From assembly GCA_017623055.1 (NCBI GenBank), contig JAGAPX010000023.1, forward strand, positions 7,138 to 71,137: DNA of 64,000 bases, written 5' to 3'. Positions 27,083 to 35,288 of the stretch are shown here, in pieces. The DNA is from Phascolarctobacterium sp. (lineage in GTDB: Bacteria > Bacillota > Negativicutes > Acidaminococcales > Acidaminococcaceae). The position numbers were made by a program, and so were the translations under genes. Each line of letters begins with the position of its first letter. Positions within the stretch are counted from its first letter, which is position 1. The notes under the pieces are model-generated. The model worked only from the letters and a program-made list of their open reading frames with translations. It had not been told where the DNA came from and did not search any database.

Positions 27083-28144
27083 ATGAAGCGCGCTCAACGC
27101 AAACTAGAACATATTAAATATGCTTTAGAGCTTGGCGATGGTCCAAGGAGCACGCATTTTGAGGATATTCGTTTCTTACATAACTGTCTGCCGGAAATTA
27201 ATCCGGCAGACATTGTTTTATCTGTCGAAGTTTTTGGCAAGCAACTGCGTTTGCCCTTCTTGATAGATGCTATTACCGGGGGAACGGATTCCGTTACAGA
27301 TGTGAATGCTAAGCTCTCCCAAGCTGCTGCTAAATTAGGTATTGCCATGGCAGTTGGCTCTCAGTACGGTGCGGTGCGTGATGGCAAAGGCTATGCCAGC
27401 TATGAGGTTGTGCGTAAGCATAACCCTGACGGCGTTATCATTGCCAATATCAGCGCACTGGCTACGCCCGCTCAAGCTTGCGAAGCTGTAAAAATGCTGA
27501 ACGCAGATGCTCTCGAAGTACATCTTAATCCAGCCCAAGAGCTTTTCATGGGCGAGGGGGATAAGGATTTTAAAGGTCTTATGGATAACCTGCTCCGTAT
27601 TCGTGATGGGGTAGAGGTTCCCGTCATCGTCAAGGAAACCGGCTGTGGCATTGCTACTGAAGAATACGCACGCCTTAAAGCACAGGGCTTTACCCATTTT
27701 AACTGCGCAGGTGCAGGTGGCACTAACTTTCCTGCCATTGAAGCATCTCGCTACGGCAAAGAGCTTGCTGGTGACTTTGCAGGGTGGGGCTTGCCTACGG
27801 TTTGGACACTGCTGGACAGTGCTGTAACCTGTAACGAAGGTGATTTCTTAATTGCTAGCGGTGGTATCCGTAACGCAAGTGATATTGCCAAAGCCTTCGC
27901 TCTTGGTGCTGATGTTGTTGGCATGGCTGGTAATGTACTGCGCCTTGTTCATGAAGGCGGTGTGGAAGCAGTTACTACATACTTTGAAACACTTGCTGAA
28001 CAGCTTACACGTTACTTGTTGCTACTTGGAGCAAAAACTCCCAAGGATTTACGCAATGTACCTGTAATTTATAGCGGTGAAACTGCAAATTATATTGCTA
28101 ACCGAGGCTATGACCTAGCAGCTTTAAGTAAAAATAGAAGATAG
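27083..28144 (+). CDS. fni: type 2 (FMN-dependent) isopentenyl-diphosphate delta-isomerase
   Basis: 353-aa TIM-barrel pattern with VKETGCGI, AGAGGTNF and ASGGIRN motifs. Confidence 0.85.
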   Translation: MKRAQRKLEHIKYALELGDGPRSTHFEDIRFLHNCLPEINPADIVLSVEVFGKQLRLPFLIDAITGGTDSVTDVNAKLSQAAAKLGIAMAVGSQYGAVRDGKGYASYEVVRKHNPDGVIIANISALATPAQACEAVKMLNADALEVHLNPAQELFMGEGDKDFKGLMDNLLRIRDGVEVPVIVKETGCGIATEEYARLKAQGFTHFNCAGAGGTNFPAIEASRYGKELAGDFAGWGLPTVWTLLDSAVTCNEGDFLIASGGIRNASDIAKAFALGADVVGMAGNVLRLVHEGGVEAVTTYFETLAEQLTRYLLLLGAKTPKDLRNVPVIYSGETANYIANRGYDLAALSKNRR

Positions 28145-28154
28145 TGAATATACG

Positions 28155-28188
28155 AAAAAGCGTATGGTAAAAACCATACGCTTTTTTT
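28155..28188 (+). terminator. intrinsic terminator after fni
   Basis: AAAAAGCGTATGGT / ACCATACGCTTTTTTT, perfect stem with loop AAAA. Confidence 0.8.
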
Positions 28189-28243
28189 AGTTTGCCGCCC
28201 CTGCAAGGGGAGGGGGACCGCCTTAGCGGTGGAGGGGTCACTG

Positions 28244-28464
28244 CTAAACAGTAACTTGGGTGATACGCAGGCGTGCTTCCACAGCCTCTACAAAATCGCC
28301 ACCGCTGGTTTCAATGACATTGGCAGCAAGGAATATTACTACGAGTATTACTCCTTGATTTCGCTGTAAGTACGGCTCTTGGTGCGGGTGCTGCCATCAG
28401 CGTTTACACCATCCTCCACGTTGATTACTAAACTGCGTTTCAAAAGTTGTTGATTAATTGCCAT
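28244..28464 (-). pseudogene. possible chimeric or frameshifted remnant of a small-protein gene pair (DUF1659-like N-half, DUF2922-like C-half)
   Basis: On the minus strand, SD AAGGATG precedes an ATG (28464) and 38 codons (MAINQQLLKRSLVINVEDGVNADGSTRTKSRTYSEIKE), then stops. A second frame continues ...LAANVIETSGGDFVEAVEARLRITQVTV to TAG (28244-28246). Family resemblance is from memory only. Confidence 0.3.
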
Positions 28465-28493
28465 AATGATTCATCCTTTCGTAATTAGAATAA

Positions 28494-29138
28494 GAATTTG
28501 AGTACCATCGCACCCTCTTGAGGAGTGTAGTGCAGGTAAATCTTTTTAGCGTTGCCTACTATGGTAACATCCATAATGATGACAGCAACATCATCTTTGA
28601 CATCAATTATGCAAAAACTGATAGCGATGTAACTCAAAACAGTGCTGGTGGTACCTTGGAAGCTAGCCCTGAAACTGCTACTTTGTCTGCAGGCGTAAAA
28701 GTAGAAAAACTCTACCAAAACGAAAATGTGCAAATCGTTCCTTACACTGGTTTGAGTTTCATGAGCATTGATACTGATGACTATGCTACTAAAGGTGGCG
28801 GTTTCATGTATAATATGGAACGTCAAAACATCTGGTTGTTGCCTGTTGGCGTAAGCATTAAATAAGAAGTCGTTAACGACAATGGCTGGACTGTAAGCCC
28901 GAGAGTAGACTTGTCCTACATCTGGGCATTTGGCGATACCAACAGCAATATGGAAGTTAAATCCGGCAATGGTATTTTTCCCATCTGGTATGACGTAATG
29001 GTCGATGGCAGCTTCCTCGGCTTGGTAGGCATTGAAGCTCACAAAGGTCAATAGGGCTACGGCGTAGCATACAGCTACCAAAAAGGCGACCATTCCGAAA
29101 GCAAGAAATTGTACGTTGACGTTAACTACAGCTTCTAA
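28494..29138 (+). pseudogene. autotransporter (type Va) beta-barrel domain remnant, 5'-truncated with two in-frame stops
   Basis: A single frame reads ...LYQNENVQIVPYTGLSFMSIDTDDY...WLLPVGVSIK*EVVNDNGWTVSPRVDLSYIWAFGDTNSNMEV...GIEAHKGQ*GYGVAYSYQKGDHSESKKLYVDVNYSF-stop. In-frame TAA at 28863-28865 and TAG at 29052-29054. It has the alternating-hydrophobic C-terminus ending in F that is typical of OM beta-barrels. There is no passenger, signal peptide or start codon. Confidence 0.65.
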
Positions 29139-29158
29139 TTTTATATAAGACAAAAAAT

Positions 29159-29190
29159 AAGGCTCTCGCTCATTTGAGCGGGAGCCTTTG
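29159..29190. terminator. bidirectional hairpin terminator (copy A of a repeated hairpin)
   Basis: GGCTCTCGCTCA TT TGAGCGGGAGCC. On the minus strand it is followed by TTATTTTTTG, so it terminates the peptidase gene. Confidence 0.65.
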
Positions 29191-29207
29191 TGTGTAATCA
29201 TGAAATT

Positions 29208-29933
29208 TTAATTTGCTGGCTTCGCCACAACCCACTGCTTCCAATTTGCGCCTTTGGAAAAGCGGATAGCATCGAACCACATATAAAAGAACTTTTCAGC
29301 AGGAATGACGGTGTAGCCGTCTTGAAGGTGGTCTGCTTTATCGAAAGGGTCTGCTATAATGAGCACGTCATCGCCGGTATTGGCGGTGTTCATTGTATCG
29401 TAGCCAATGATGATGCGCCAGTGACCGCCCCATTCCACATTTTCAACCATAATGGGAGTGTTGGCTTTAAGATGACCTTGCACGAAATTTAAAAATTCTG
29501 TGTAGGTTTTAGGGGAATCTGTATCAGCAGAGCTTGTCGCGTTCCAACCAAGGTCTTTAAAATATCCGCGCAAGCCTTTGGTGGTGGTGCCGTTGTATCT
29601 ATTGCAACCCATCATTTTGGCAGCTTGCAGTTCGGAGTGGAGTGGCTTACCTAAAAAATGATCCACAACCATATTTGCGACAACAGGTCCGCAGGTATGC
29701 ATATTGGTTTGTTGATAGGTGGTGAAGTTGGAGAGGAGCGTTAAGTGTTCGTTGCTTTTCATGTTGTAGATGTCTAGCTGGGTAAAGTAGGGGGAGCTTT
29801 TAATATCGTTGGTGATGTCAAAACGAGCAACGCTTCCATCGGTGATAATGACTTCTTTGGTGCTGGCGAATGAAGGCAGCAAGCATAGCAGGGCTATTAA
29901 TAAAGTTGTGAAGTGTATTTTAATTTTACTCAT
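29208..29933 (-). CDS. secreted papain-fold cysteine peptidase (C39-like/Peptidase_C39_2-like)
   Basis: Signal peptide MSKIKIHFTTLLIALLCLLPSFAS. Candidate catalytic Cys in QTNMHTCGPVVANMV, His in GGHWRIIIGYD, followed by ADPFD. SD AAAGGA upstream. Family call made by eye. Confidence 0.6.
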   Translation of the reverse strand: MSKIKIHFTTLLIALLCLLPSFASTKEVIITDGSVARFDITNDIKSSPYFTQLDIYNMKSNEHLTLLSNFTTYQQTNMHTCGPVVANMVVDHFLGKPLHSELQAAKMMGCNRYNGTTTKGLRGYFKDLGWNATSSADTDSPKTYTEFLNFVQGHLKANTPIMVENVEWGGHWRIIIGYDTMNTANTGDDVLIIADPFDKADHLQDGYTVIPAEKFFYMWFDAIRFSKGANWKQWVVAKPAN

Positions 29934-29959
29934 AATAAAATCCTTTCAAATTTTGCCTT

Positions 29960-29987
29960 ATTATAACACATAAGCAGATTTTTACAA
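29960..29987 (-). promoter_or_regulatory. promoter of the peptidase gene
   Basis: Minus strand reads TTGTAA (29987-29982), 16-nt spacer, TGT-TATAAT (TATAAT at 29965-29960). Confidence 0.5.
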
Positions 29988-29996
29988 GCACAAGTT

Positions 29997-30027
29997 AGGC
30001 TTTCGCTCTTAATGAGCGGGAGCTTTC
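29997..30027 (+). repeat. copy B of the terminator-like hairpin seen at 29159-29190
   Basis: AGGCTTTCGCTC TTAA TGAGCGGGAGC TTTCTTTC. The 5' arm matches copy A in 11 of 12 positions and the 3' arm TGAGCGGGAGC is identical, in the same orientation. No + strand gene ends here. Confidence 0.5.
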
Positions 30028-30110
30028 TTTCATTTTGTGAAACAATTGAAAAATTTATGCAATAAATATACAGGCTGGTGCATAGAAGCGTGGCTATTAT
30101 CAGGGAAGTG

Positions 30111-30119
30111 TGCTATAAT
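30111..30119 (+). promoter_or_regulatory. extended -10 element upstream of the asp23-like operon
   Basis: TGCTATAAT (TGn + TATAAT at 30114-30119), 64 nt upstream of ATG 30183. Confidence 0.4.
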
Positions 30120-30182
30120 GATATACTGATAAAGAATGGATAACTATGTTCTGTTTTCATTACTTGCACAGGAGGTGCTCTA

Positions 30183-30710
30183 ATGGATGATGAAAAAGAA
30201 TTGCTGAATAAAAATGCTCAGATAAATAATGAAGATGACCAGCCAGAAGAATACGGTGACATCCGCGTAGCGACAGAGGTAATCTCCATCGTGGCAAGCC
30301 TTGCAGCCCAGGAGGTCCCCGGTGTTTTAAGGATGAGCGGTCGTCGTATTGACGGTATCAACGAACTTTTAGGTAAGGAATCTGTATCTAAGGGTGTGCG
30401 TGTTAGCTTTGATAGTAAGACGGTAACTTGTAATGTTTACGTTATTATTGAATATGGCTTTTGTATTCCGGAGGTTGCCCTGGAAATCCAAGAAAAAGTC
30501 AAGGATGCCATCGAGACCATGACGGGGTATGACGTGCAGTTCATAGACGTACACGTTCAAGGCGTTGCTAAGCGTGAGAAATCTGCTTTGGAAAAAGAAG
30601 CGGAAGCTATTGCTGAAGCTGGACTTTTTGATAGCAAGCCACTGTTTGACGAAGCAGAAGTTGAGGCGGAAGCCGAAGCAAGACATAAACAATTTTTTGA
30701 GGAGGATTAA
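30183..30710 (+). CDS. Asp23/Gls24-family envelope stress protein
   Basis: Asp23 core (IRVATEVISIVASLAAQEVPGVLRM...VRVSFDSKTVTCNVYVIIEYG...QEKVKDAIETMTGYDV) with an acidic tail. It sits upstream of nusB, as yqhY does in B. subtilis. Confidence 0.85.
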   Translation: MDDEKELLNKNAQINNEDDQPEEYGDIRVATEVISIVASLAAQEVPGVLRMSGRRIDGINELLGKESVSKGVRVSFDSKTVTCNVYVIIEYGFCIPEVALEIQEKVKDAIETMTGYDVQFIDVHVQGVAKREKSALEKEAEAIAEAGLFDSKPLFDEAEVEAEAEARHKQFFEED

Positions 30711-30715
30711 AGATT

Positions 30716-31237
30716 ATGGGAATCCCCGACAGAATAATTTTAACTTTATATACTTTCTTGATGGCTGTTATGGCTGTACTTGTTACCTTGTGTAGCTTGG
30801 ATGTGTTCCCACAAAGGGCTATTATGGAATTTATCGGTAGCATTCCCGGTAACTGGATTTACGCTGTGGGTGGGGTAATCCTGCTGCTGGTAAGCTTGCG
30901 CCTTTTGATTGCAGGCTTGGGTATTTCCAGTGGTAACTCTATGGAGTTAAGCGATGGTCCTTCTGGAAAAATACACATTGGCAAACGTGCTTTGGAAGAT
31001 TACATCGCAGTGCTCTCTCAAGAAATTTATGGCATTTACAATGTTAAGGTTATTGCCAAGCTGGAGGATGAAAGCATTAATGTGCGCATTAACGCATCCA
31101 TTGAGCCTGGTATAAATATTCCTGAAACCACCGGTGAGGTTAAGACTAATGTTAAAGAAAGCATTAAGAAGATGACTGGCATCGAGGTTAAGGAAATAGA
31201 AGTTTACTTCAAACAAATCAAGGCTAAAGGTGAATAG
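30716..31237 (+). CDS. alkaline shock response membrane anchor protein AmaP-like
   Basis: Two N-terminal TM helices and an Asp23-like C-terminal half. It lies directly after the asp23-like gene. Confidence 0.6.
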   Translation: MGIPDRIILTLYTFLMAVMAVLVTLCSLDVFPQRAIMEFIGSIPGNWIYAVGGVILLLVSLRLLIAGLGISSGNSMELSDGPSGKIHIGKRALEDYIAVLSQEIYGIYNVKVIAKLEDESINVRINASIEPGINIPETTGEVKTNVKESIKKMTGIEVKEIEVYFKQIKAKGE

Positions 31238-31248
31238 GAGGGATAGTA

Positions 31249-31476
31249 ATGTTCGGCGAAATTCTTGCAGATATTTGGAACAATTACCGTGGACGTTTAC
31301 TGTGCTCCCTCACTGGTTTGGGTATTGGCGTAACGTTTTTGTGGTTAGGGTTTTTCAAGACCATGTTCTTAATCATTTGCCTGAGCAGTGGTTTCTTCTT
31401 GGGCAATAAGATTGATAAGAAGGATGATTTAATTGAATGGCTGGATAGGCTGTTGCCGCCTGGCTATCATAGATAA
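31249..31476 (+). CDS. small integral membrane protein (DUF2273-like)
   Basis: 75 aa with two TM helices. Typical third member of asp23/amaP operons. Confidence 0.6.
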   Translation: MFGEILADIWNNYRGRLLCSLTGLGIGVTFLWLGFFKTMFLIICLSSGFFLGNKIDKKDDLIEWLDRLLPPGYHR

Positions 31477-31496
31477 AATATTGGGGGAAGTTAGTT

Positions 31497-31952
31497 ATGA
31501 GTCGTAGATTAGCAAGAGAAGTTGTTTTACAAAGCTTATTTCAAATAGATTTTACTGCTTGCGAGGCAGAACAAGCATTGCATAGCTCCATGGCAGAGCA
31601 TGATGAATTTATTTATCTTAATGATGCAGAAGCTGAAACAGAAGAATTACTGGTTAAGAAGGCATCTTGCCTGAAAGCAAAGGAATATGCTGAAACTGTA
31701 TTGAACGGTGTTATGGCAAACCTTGCAGTTATTGACGAAAAGCTTGGTCAATATGCAGTGGATTGGACTGTAGAAAGAATGCCTGCAGCAGATAGAAACA
31801 TTCTGCGTATTGCAGTTTATGAAATGCTGTACGCTGAAGAAAAGATTGTACCCGGTGTTGCCATTAACGAAGCCGTAGAAATTGCTAAGCTGTATGGCAG
31901 TGAAGAAGCTCCGCGCTTTATCAACGGCGTGTTGGGCAAAATGGTTAGATAA
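31497..31952 (+). CDS. nusB: transcription antitermination factor NusB
   Basis: RLAREVVLQSLFQIDF start, AVYEMLY and INEAVEIAKLYG motifs. Carries an internal insertion relative to minimal NusB. Confidence 0.9.
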   Translation: MSRRLAREVVLQSLFQIDFTACEAEQALHSSMAEHDEFIYLNDAEAETEELLVKKASCLKAKEYAETVLNGVMANLAVIDEKLGQYAVDWTVERMPAADRNILRIAVYEMLYAEEKIVPGVAINEAVEIAKLYGSEEAPRFINGVLGKMVR

Positions 31953-31953
31953 A

Positions 31954-32916
31954 ATGAAGCAGAAAGTTTTTCTGGGGATTGATACCAGCTGTTATACCAC
32001 GTCTGTTGCTGTGTTGAACGAAGCAGGCGAGCTTGTAGGTGAAGCGCGTAAAATTTTAGACGTGAAGCCTGGTCGCTGTGGTTTGCAGCAATCTGAAATG
32101 GTGTTCCAGCACACACGCAACCTTCCTAATTTAATGGAGAGCGTGCTGGCTGGCAAAGATTATGAGATTACAGCCATTGGTGTCAGCGGTTACCCTAGAC
32201 CTTTAGAAAATTCTTATATGCCTGCATTCTTAGCAGGTACTGGCGTGGCTCGTACTTTAGCCTATGCTACCGGAGCTAAGCTGCATATCATCAGCCACCA
32301 AGAAAATCATCTTGAAGCTGGTGTGTGGAGCGCAGGCGGTCCTGATGCGGAACGCTTCCTCTTATTGCATGCTTCCGGTGGTACTACGGATATGATTTTG
32401 GCTGAAAAGCAGGAAGATGGTCGCTTTAAACTGACTGAAGTTGGTGGCAGCATTGACCTGCACGCTGGGCAGTTCATCGATAGGGTGGGTGTAGCCTTAG
32501 GGTTGCAGTTCCCAACTGGTCCTGCACTTGAAAAGCTTGCCGCTACGGCAGACCCTTCCCAAATGGTAGAACTGCCAGTTTCCGTACGCAAGTTAAACGT
32601 AAGCTTGAGTGGCCCCGCTACCGCAGCTTTGCGTAAGCTGGAAGCAGGAGCCGACGGCGCAGGCTTGGCTTTAGGCGTGCAATACGCCTTGGCTGAAACC
32701 TTTGCACGTATGCTTCGTAATGGGGCGGCAGAATACAAGGTCAACGCTGTGCTCTTAGTTGGGGGCGTGGCTTCCAACGCTTACATCCGTAACCACGTTA
32801 CCGAAAAGCTTGCCAAACGTCGCGTGAGCGTGTGGGTACCAGAAGCACGCTTTAGCTGTGATAATGCTACTGGATGTGCGGCGTTCGCGTATCGTATGAA
32901 CAAGGATAGCAAATAA
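31954..32916 (+). CDS. Kae1/TsaD-family (M22 'glycoprotease') paralog
   Basis: ASKHA fold start LGIDTSCYTTSVAV, HxxxH metal motif (SHQENHLEAG), GGVASN and CDNATG motifs. ATG 31954 lies 1 nt after the nusB stop. The ORF-track start at 31882 overlaps nusB and is rejected. Confidence 0.7.
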   Translation: MKQKVFLGIDTSCYTTSVAVLNEAGELVGEARKILDVKPGRCGLQQSEMVFQHTRNLPNLMESVLAGKDYEITAIGVSGYPRPLENSYMPAFLAGTGVARTLAYATGAKLHIISHQENHLEAGVWSAGGPDAERFLLLHASGGTTDMILAEKQEDGRFKLTEVGGSIDLHAGQFIDRVGVALGLQFPTGPALEKLAATADPSQMVELPVSVRKLNVSLSGPATAALRKLEAGADGAGLALGVQYALAETFARMLRNGAAEYKVNAVLLVGGVASNAYIRNHVTEKLAKRRVSVWVPEARFSCDNATGCAAFAYRMNKDSK

Positions 32917-32945
32917 TTTACTCAAATACTTATGAGGTAAGCTCA

Positions 32946-34151
32946 TTGATAGATCAAGCCTTTACCGTAACTGAGATTAACAATTACATAAAATCGCTAC
33001 TAGATGGCGAAGCGACGCTGCGTAACGTGCAGATAGTGGGCGAGGTATCTAACTTTAAGCGATACCCCTCCGGTCACTGCTACTTTACCCTAAAGGATAG
33101 CGGTGCCGTTCTTAAATGCGTGATGTTCCGTGGTAAGGCAATGAGCATGAAGTTTGAACCGCAAAATGGTGATACAGTCCTTGCCATTGGACGCATTACT
33201 GTGTATGAGCGTGATGGTGTGTACCAGCTTTATACTGATATGCTTTTGCCACAAGGTGTAGGCGATTTAATGGTAGCTTACGAAAAGCTCAAGGCGAAGC
33301 TGGAAGCAGAAGGATTATTTGCCAGTGAGCGTAAGCAGGCGTTACCTGTGAACCCTAAGACTGTAGGTATCATCACTTCTCCTGTGGGAGCAGCAGTACG
33401 TGATGTCATCACGGTGTCGAGAAGGCGTAATCGTGGGATAAAACTCTTACTTTTTCCTGTAAAAGTGCAGGGCGAAGGTGCGGCAAAGGAAATTGCCCGT
33501 GCCATTGGCTTTTTTAATAAACATAATTTAGCTGACGTGCTTATTGTTGGTCGTGGCGGTGGCTCCATAGAAGAGCTGTGGGCGTTCAACGAAGAAGAGA
33601 CTGTGCGTGCGGTGGCAGCTTCTGCTATCCCCATAGTTAGCGCAGTTGGTCACGAAACAGATTTTACTTTGTGCGATTTTGCTGCTGACAAAAGGGCAGC
33701 GACTCCTTCCCAAGCGGCAGAGTTAGCCGTTGTTGATGCGGAAGGTTACATAATGATGGTAGAAAACCTCTCTAGGCGTTGTCGTCATTTGATGACTACT
33801 CGCTTGGAGCAGGAAGAATATAGATTAGATAGAGCGAAAAACTCTTGGGCGCTAAAAGACCCGGAGAGAATTTTTGCAGACAGTGCGCTCCGTACTGACG
33901 CTGCTTATACCAAGCTTGTGAGTAAAATGGATAGCTTGCTTAAACAAAGTAGGCATAGCTTTGAATTACAGGCTGCACGTTTAGATAATCTCAGTCCTTT
34001 GGCAGTGCTGGCTCGTGGTTACAGTGTAACCCAGAAGGAGGACTATAAAGTAGTTACTTCCATTGAGCAGGTGCGTTGGGGCGAAGAGCTAATTACTACT
34101 GTGGGTGATGGCAAGATAGTTTCCGTTGTCCAAAGTGTGGAGGAAAAATAA
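32946..34151 (+). CDS. xseA: exodeoxyribonuclease VII large subunit
   Basis: N-terminal OB fold (VSNFKRYPSGHCYFTLKD), VGRGGGSIEELW motif, TTG start. Confidence 0.9.
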   Translation: MIDQAFTVTEINNYIKSLLDGEATLRNVQIVGEVSNFKRYPSGHCYFTLKDSGAVLKCVMFRGKAMSMKFEPQNGDTVLAIGRITVYERDGVYQLYTDMLLPQGVGDLMVAYEKLKAKLEAEGLFASERKQALPVNPKTVGIITSPVGAAVRDVITVSRRRNRGIKLLLFPVKVQGEGAAKEIARAIGFFNKHNLADVLIVGRGGGSIEELWAFNEEETVRAVAASAIPIVSAVGHETDFTLCDFAADKRAATPSQAAELAVVDAEGYIMMVENLSRRCRHLMTTRLEQEEYRLDRAKNSWALKDPERIFADSALRTDAAYTKLVSKMDSLLKQSRHSFELQAARLDNLSPLAVLARGYSVTQKEDYKVVTSIEQVRWGEELITTVGDGKIVSVVQSVEEK

Positions 34152-34396
34152 TGGCAAAGAAAATTGCTAAGAACATCAAATTTGAAGAAGCCTTGGCAGA
34201 GCTGGAAGAGCAAGTACGCCTTTTGGAAAGTGGCGAGCTTAGCTTGGAACAGTCCTTAGAGGTTTTTAAATATGGTATTGAGTTGAGCAAGATTTGTATG
34301 GGCAAGCTTGACACCGTTAAACAAGAAGTAGAAAAAATCGTTGCCTCTAGCGACGATGACTATAAATTAGAAACATTCCATGATTTGGAGGCATAA
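34151..34396 (+). CDS. xseB: exodeoxyribonuclease VII small subunit
   Basis: 81 aa with FEEALAELEEQVRLLESGELSLEQSLEVFKYGIEL. The start overlaps the xseA stop. Confidence 0.9.
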   Translation: MAKKIAKNIKFEEALAELEEQVRLLESGELSLEQSLEVFKYGIELSKICMGKLDTVKQEVEKIVASSDDDYKLETFHDLEA

Positions 34397-34397
34397 G

Positions 34398-35273
34398 ATG
34401 GATTTTGCAGTGTACTACGACAACCAAAGAAAGTTAATTGAAAATTTCTTAGAAACAAGAATGGCAAAGAAAGGTATCAGCAAGGTTGATGATGCTATGG
34501 CGTACAGCCTTTTGGCTGGTGGCAAACGTATCCGCCCTGTGCTTTTGATGGCTACTGCGGAAGCTTTAGGCAAAAAAGGCTATAACTATTTGCCTGTTGC
34601 CTGCGGTTTGGAAATGATTCATACCTATTCCTTGATTCATGACGACCTGCCTTGTATGGACGATGATGACTACCGTCGTGGTCGTTTGACTAACCATAAG
34701 GTGTTTGGTGAAGCAATGGCAGTTCTTGCTGGCGATGGTTTGTTGACCTTAGCATTTGAAGTAATGCTTGAACAAAAGAACGTTGAATCCGCAGTTTTGA
34801 TTGAAGTAGTACGCGAGATGGCAATGTGTGCTGGCAACTATGGCATGGTAGGTGGTCAAGGCTTGGACCTTGAAGCTGAAGGCAAGGAAATCAGCGCGGA
34901 AGAATTGCGCAAGCTCCACGCCGGTAAGACCGGTGCCTTGTTCATTGGCGCAGTACGTGGCGGCGCACACCTTGCAGGCGCAACTGACGAACAGCTTTTG
35001 GCATTGACCAAATTTGCTGATTTGTTAGGTTTAGCCTTCCAAATTACTGATGATATTTTAGACGTTGAAGGTGACGCTGAAGCTATGGGCAAGCCTGTAG
35101 GCAGCGACGCTAAAAATCAAAAATCCACTTATGTTAGCTTATATTCTTTAGAAGGTGCAAAGGCGTTAGCAGCTAAGACTGTGGACGAAGCTTTGCAATG
35201 CTTGGAAATTTTTGGCGATAAGGCAGATGCCCTCCGCGAAATTACCAAGCTGATGTGTAATCGCAAAAACTAA
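34398..35273 (+). CDS. ispA: (2E,6E)-farnesyl diphosphate synthase
   Basis: FARM LIHDDLPCMDDDDYRRG and SARM FQITDDILD. GGAGG SD lies 6 nt upstream of ATG 34398. Confidence 0.9.
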   Translation: MDFAVYYDNQRKLIENFLETRMAKKGISKVDDAMAYSLLAGGKRIRPVLLMATAEALGKKGYNYLPVACGLEMIHTYSLIHDDLPCMDDDDYRRGRLTNHKVFGEAMAVLAGDGLLTLAFEVMLEQKNVESAVLIEVVREMAMCAGNYGMVGGQGLDLEAEGKEISAEELRKLHAGKTGALFIGAVRGGAHLAGATDEQLLALTKFADLLGLAFQITDDILDVEGDAEAMGKPVGSDAKNQKSTYVSLYSLEGAKALAAKTVDEALQCLEIFGDKADALREITKLMCNRKN

Positions 35274-35288
35274 ATTACGAGGTTTTTT

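Noticed and set aside
28207-28237. G-quadruplex in the GC-rich spacer (GGGG A GGGGG ... GG A GGGG)
   Set aside because: Only three G-runs of 3 or more are present, separated by a 17-nt loop. Simple hairpins explain the sequence better.
28485-29201. 238-aa minus-strand ORF, the longest intact ORF in this region
   Set aside because: It lies exactly antisense to the recognisable autotransporter beta-barrel frame and has no SD or family features, so it is most likely a shadow ORF.
31882-31953. Long form of the TsaD-like ORF overlapping nusB by 71 nt
   Set aside because: The extension is out of frame with nusB and has no SD. ATG 31954 gives the conserved MKQKVFLGIDTS N-terminus.
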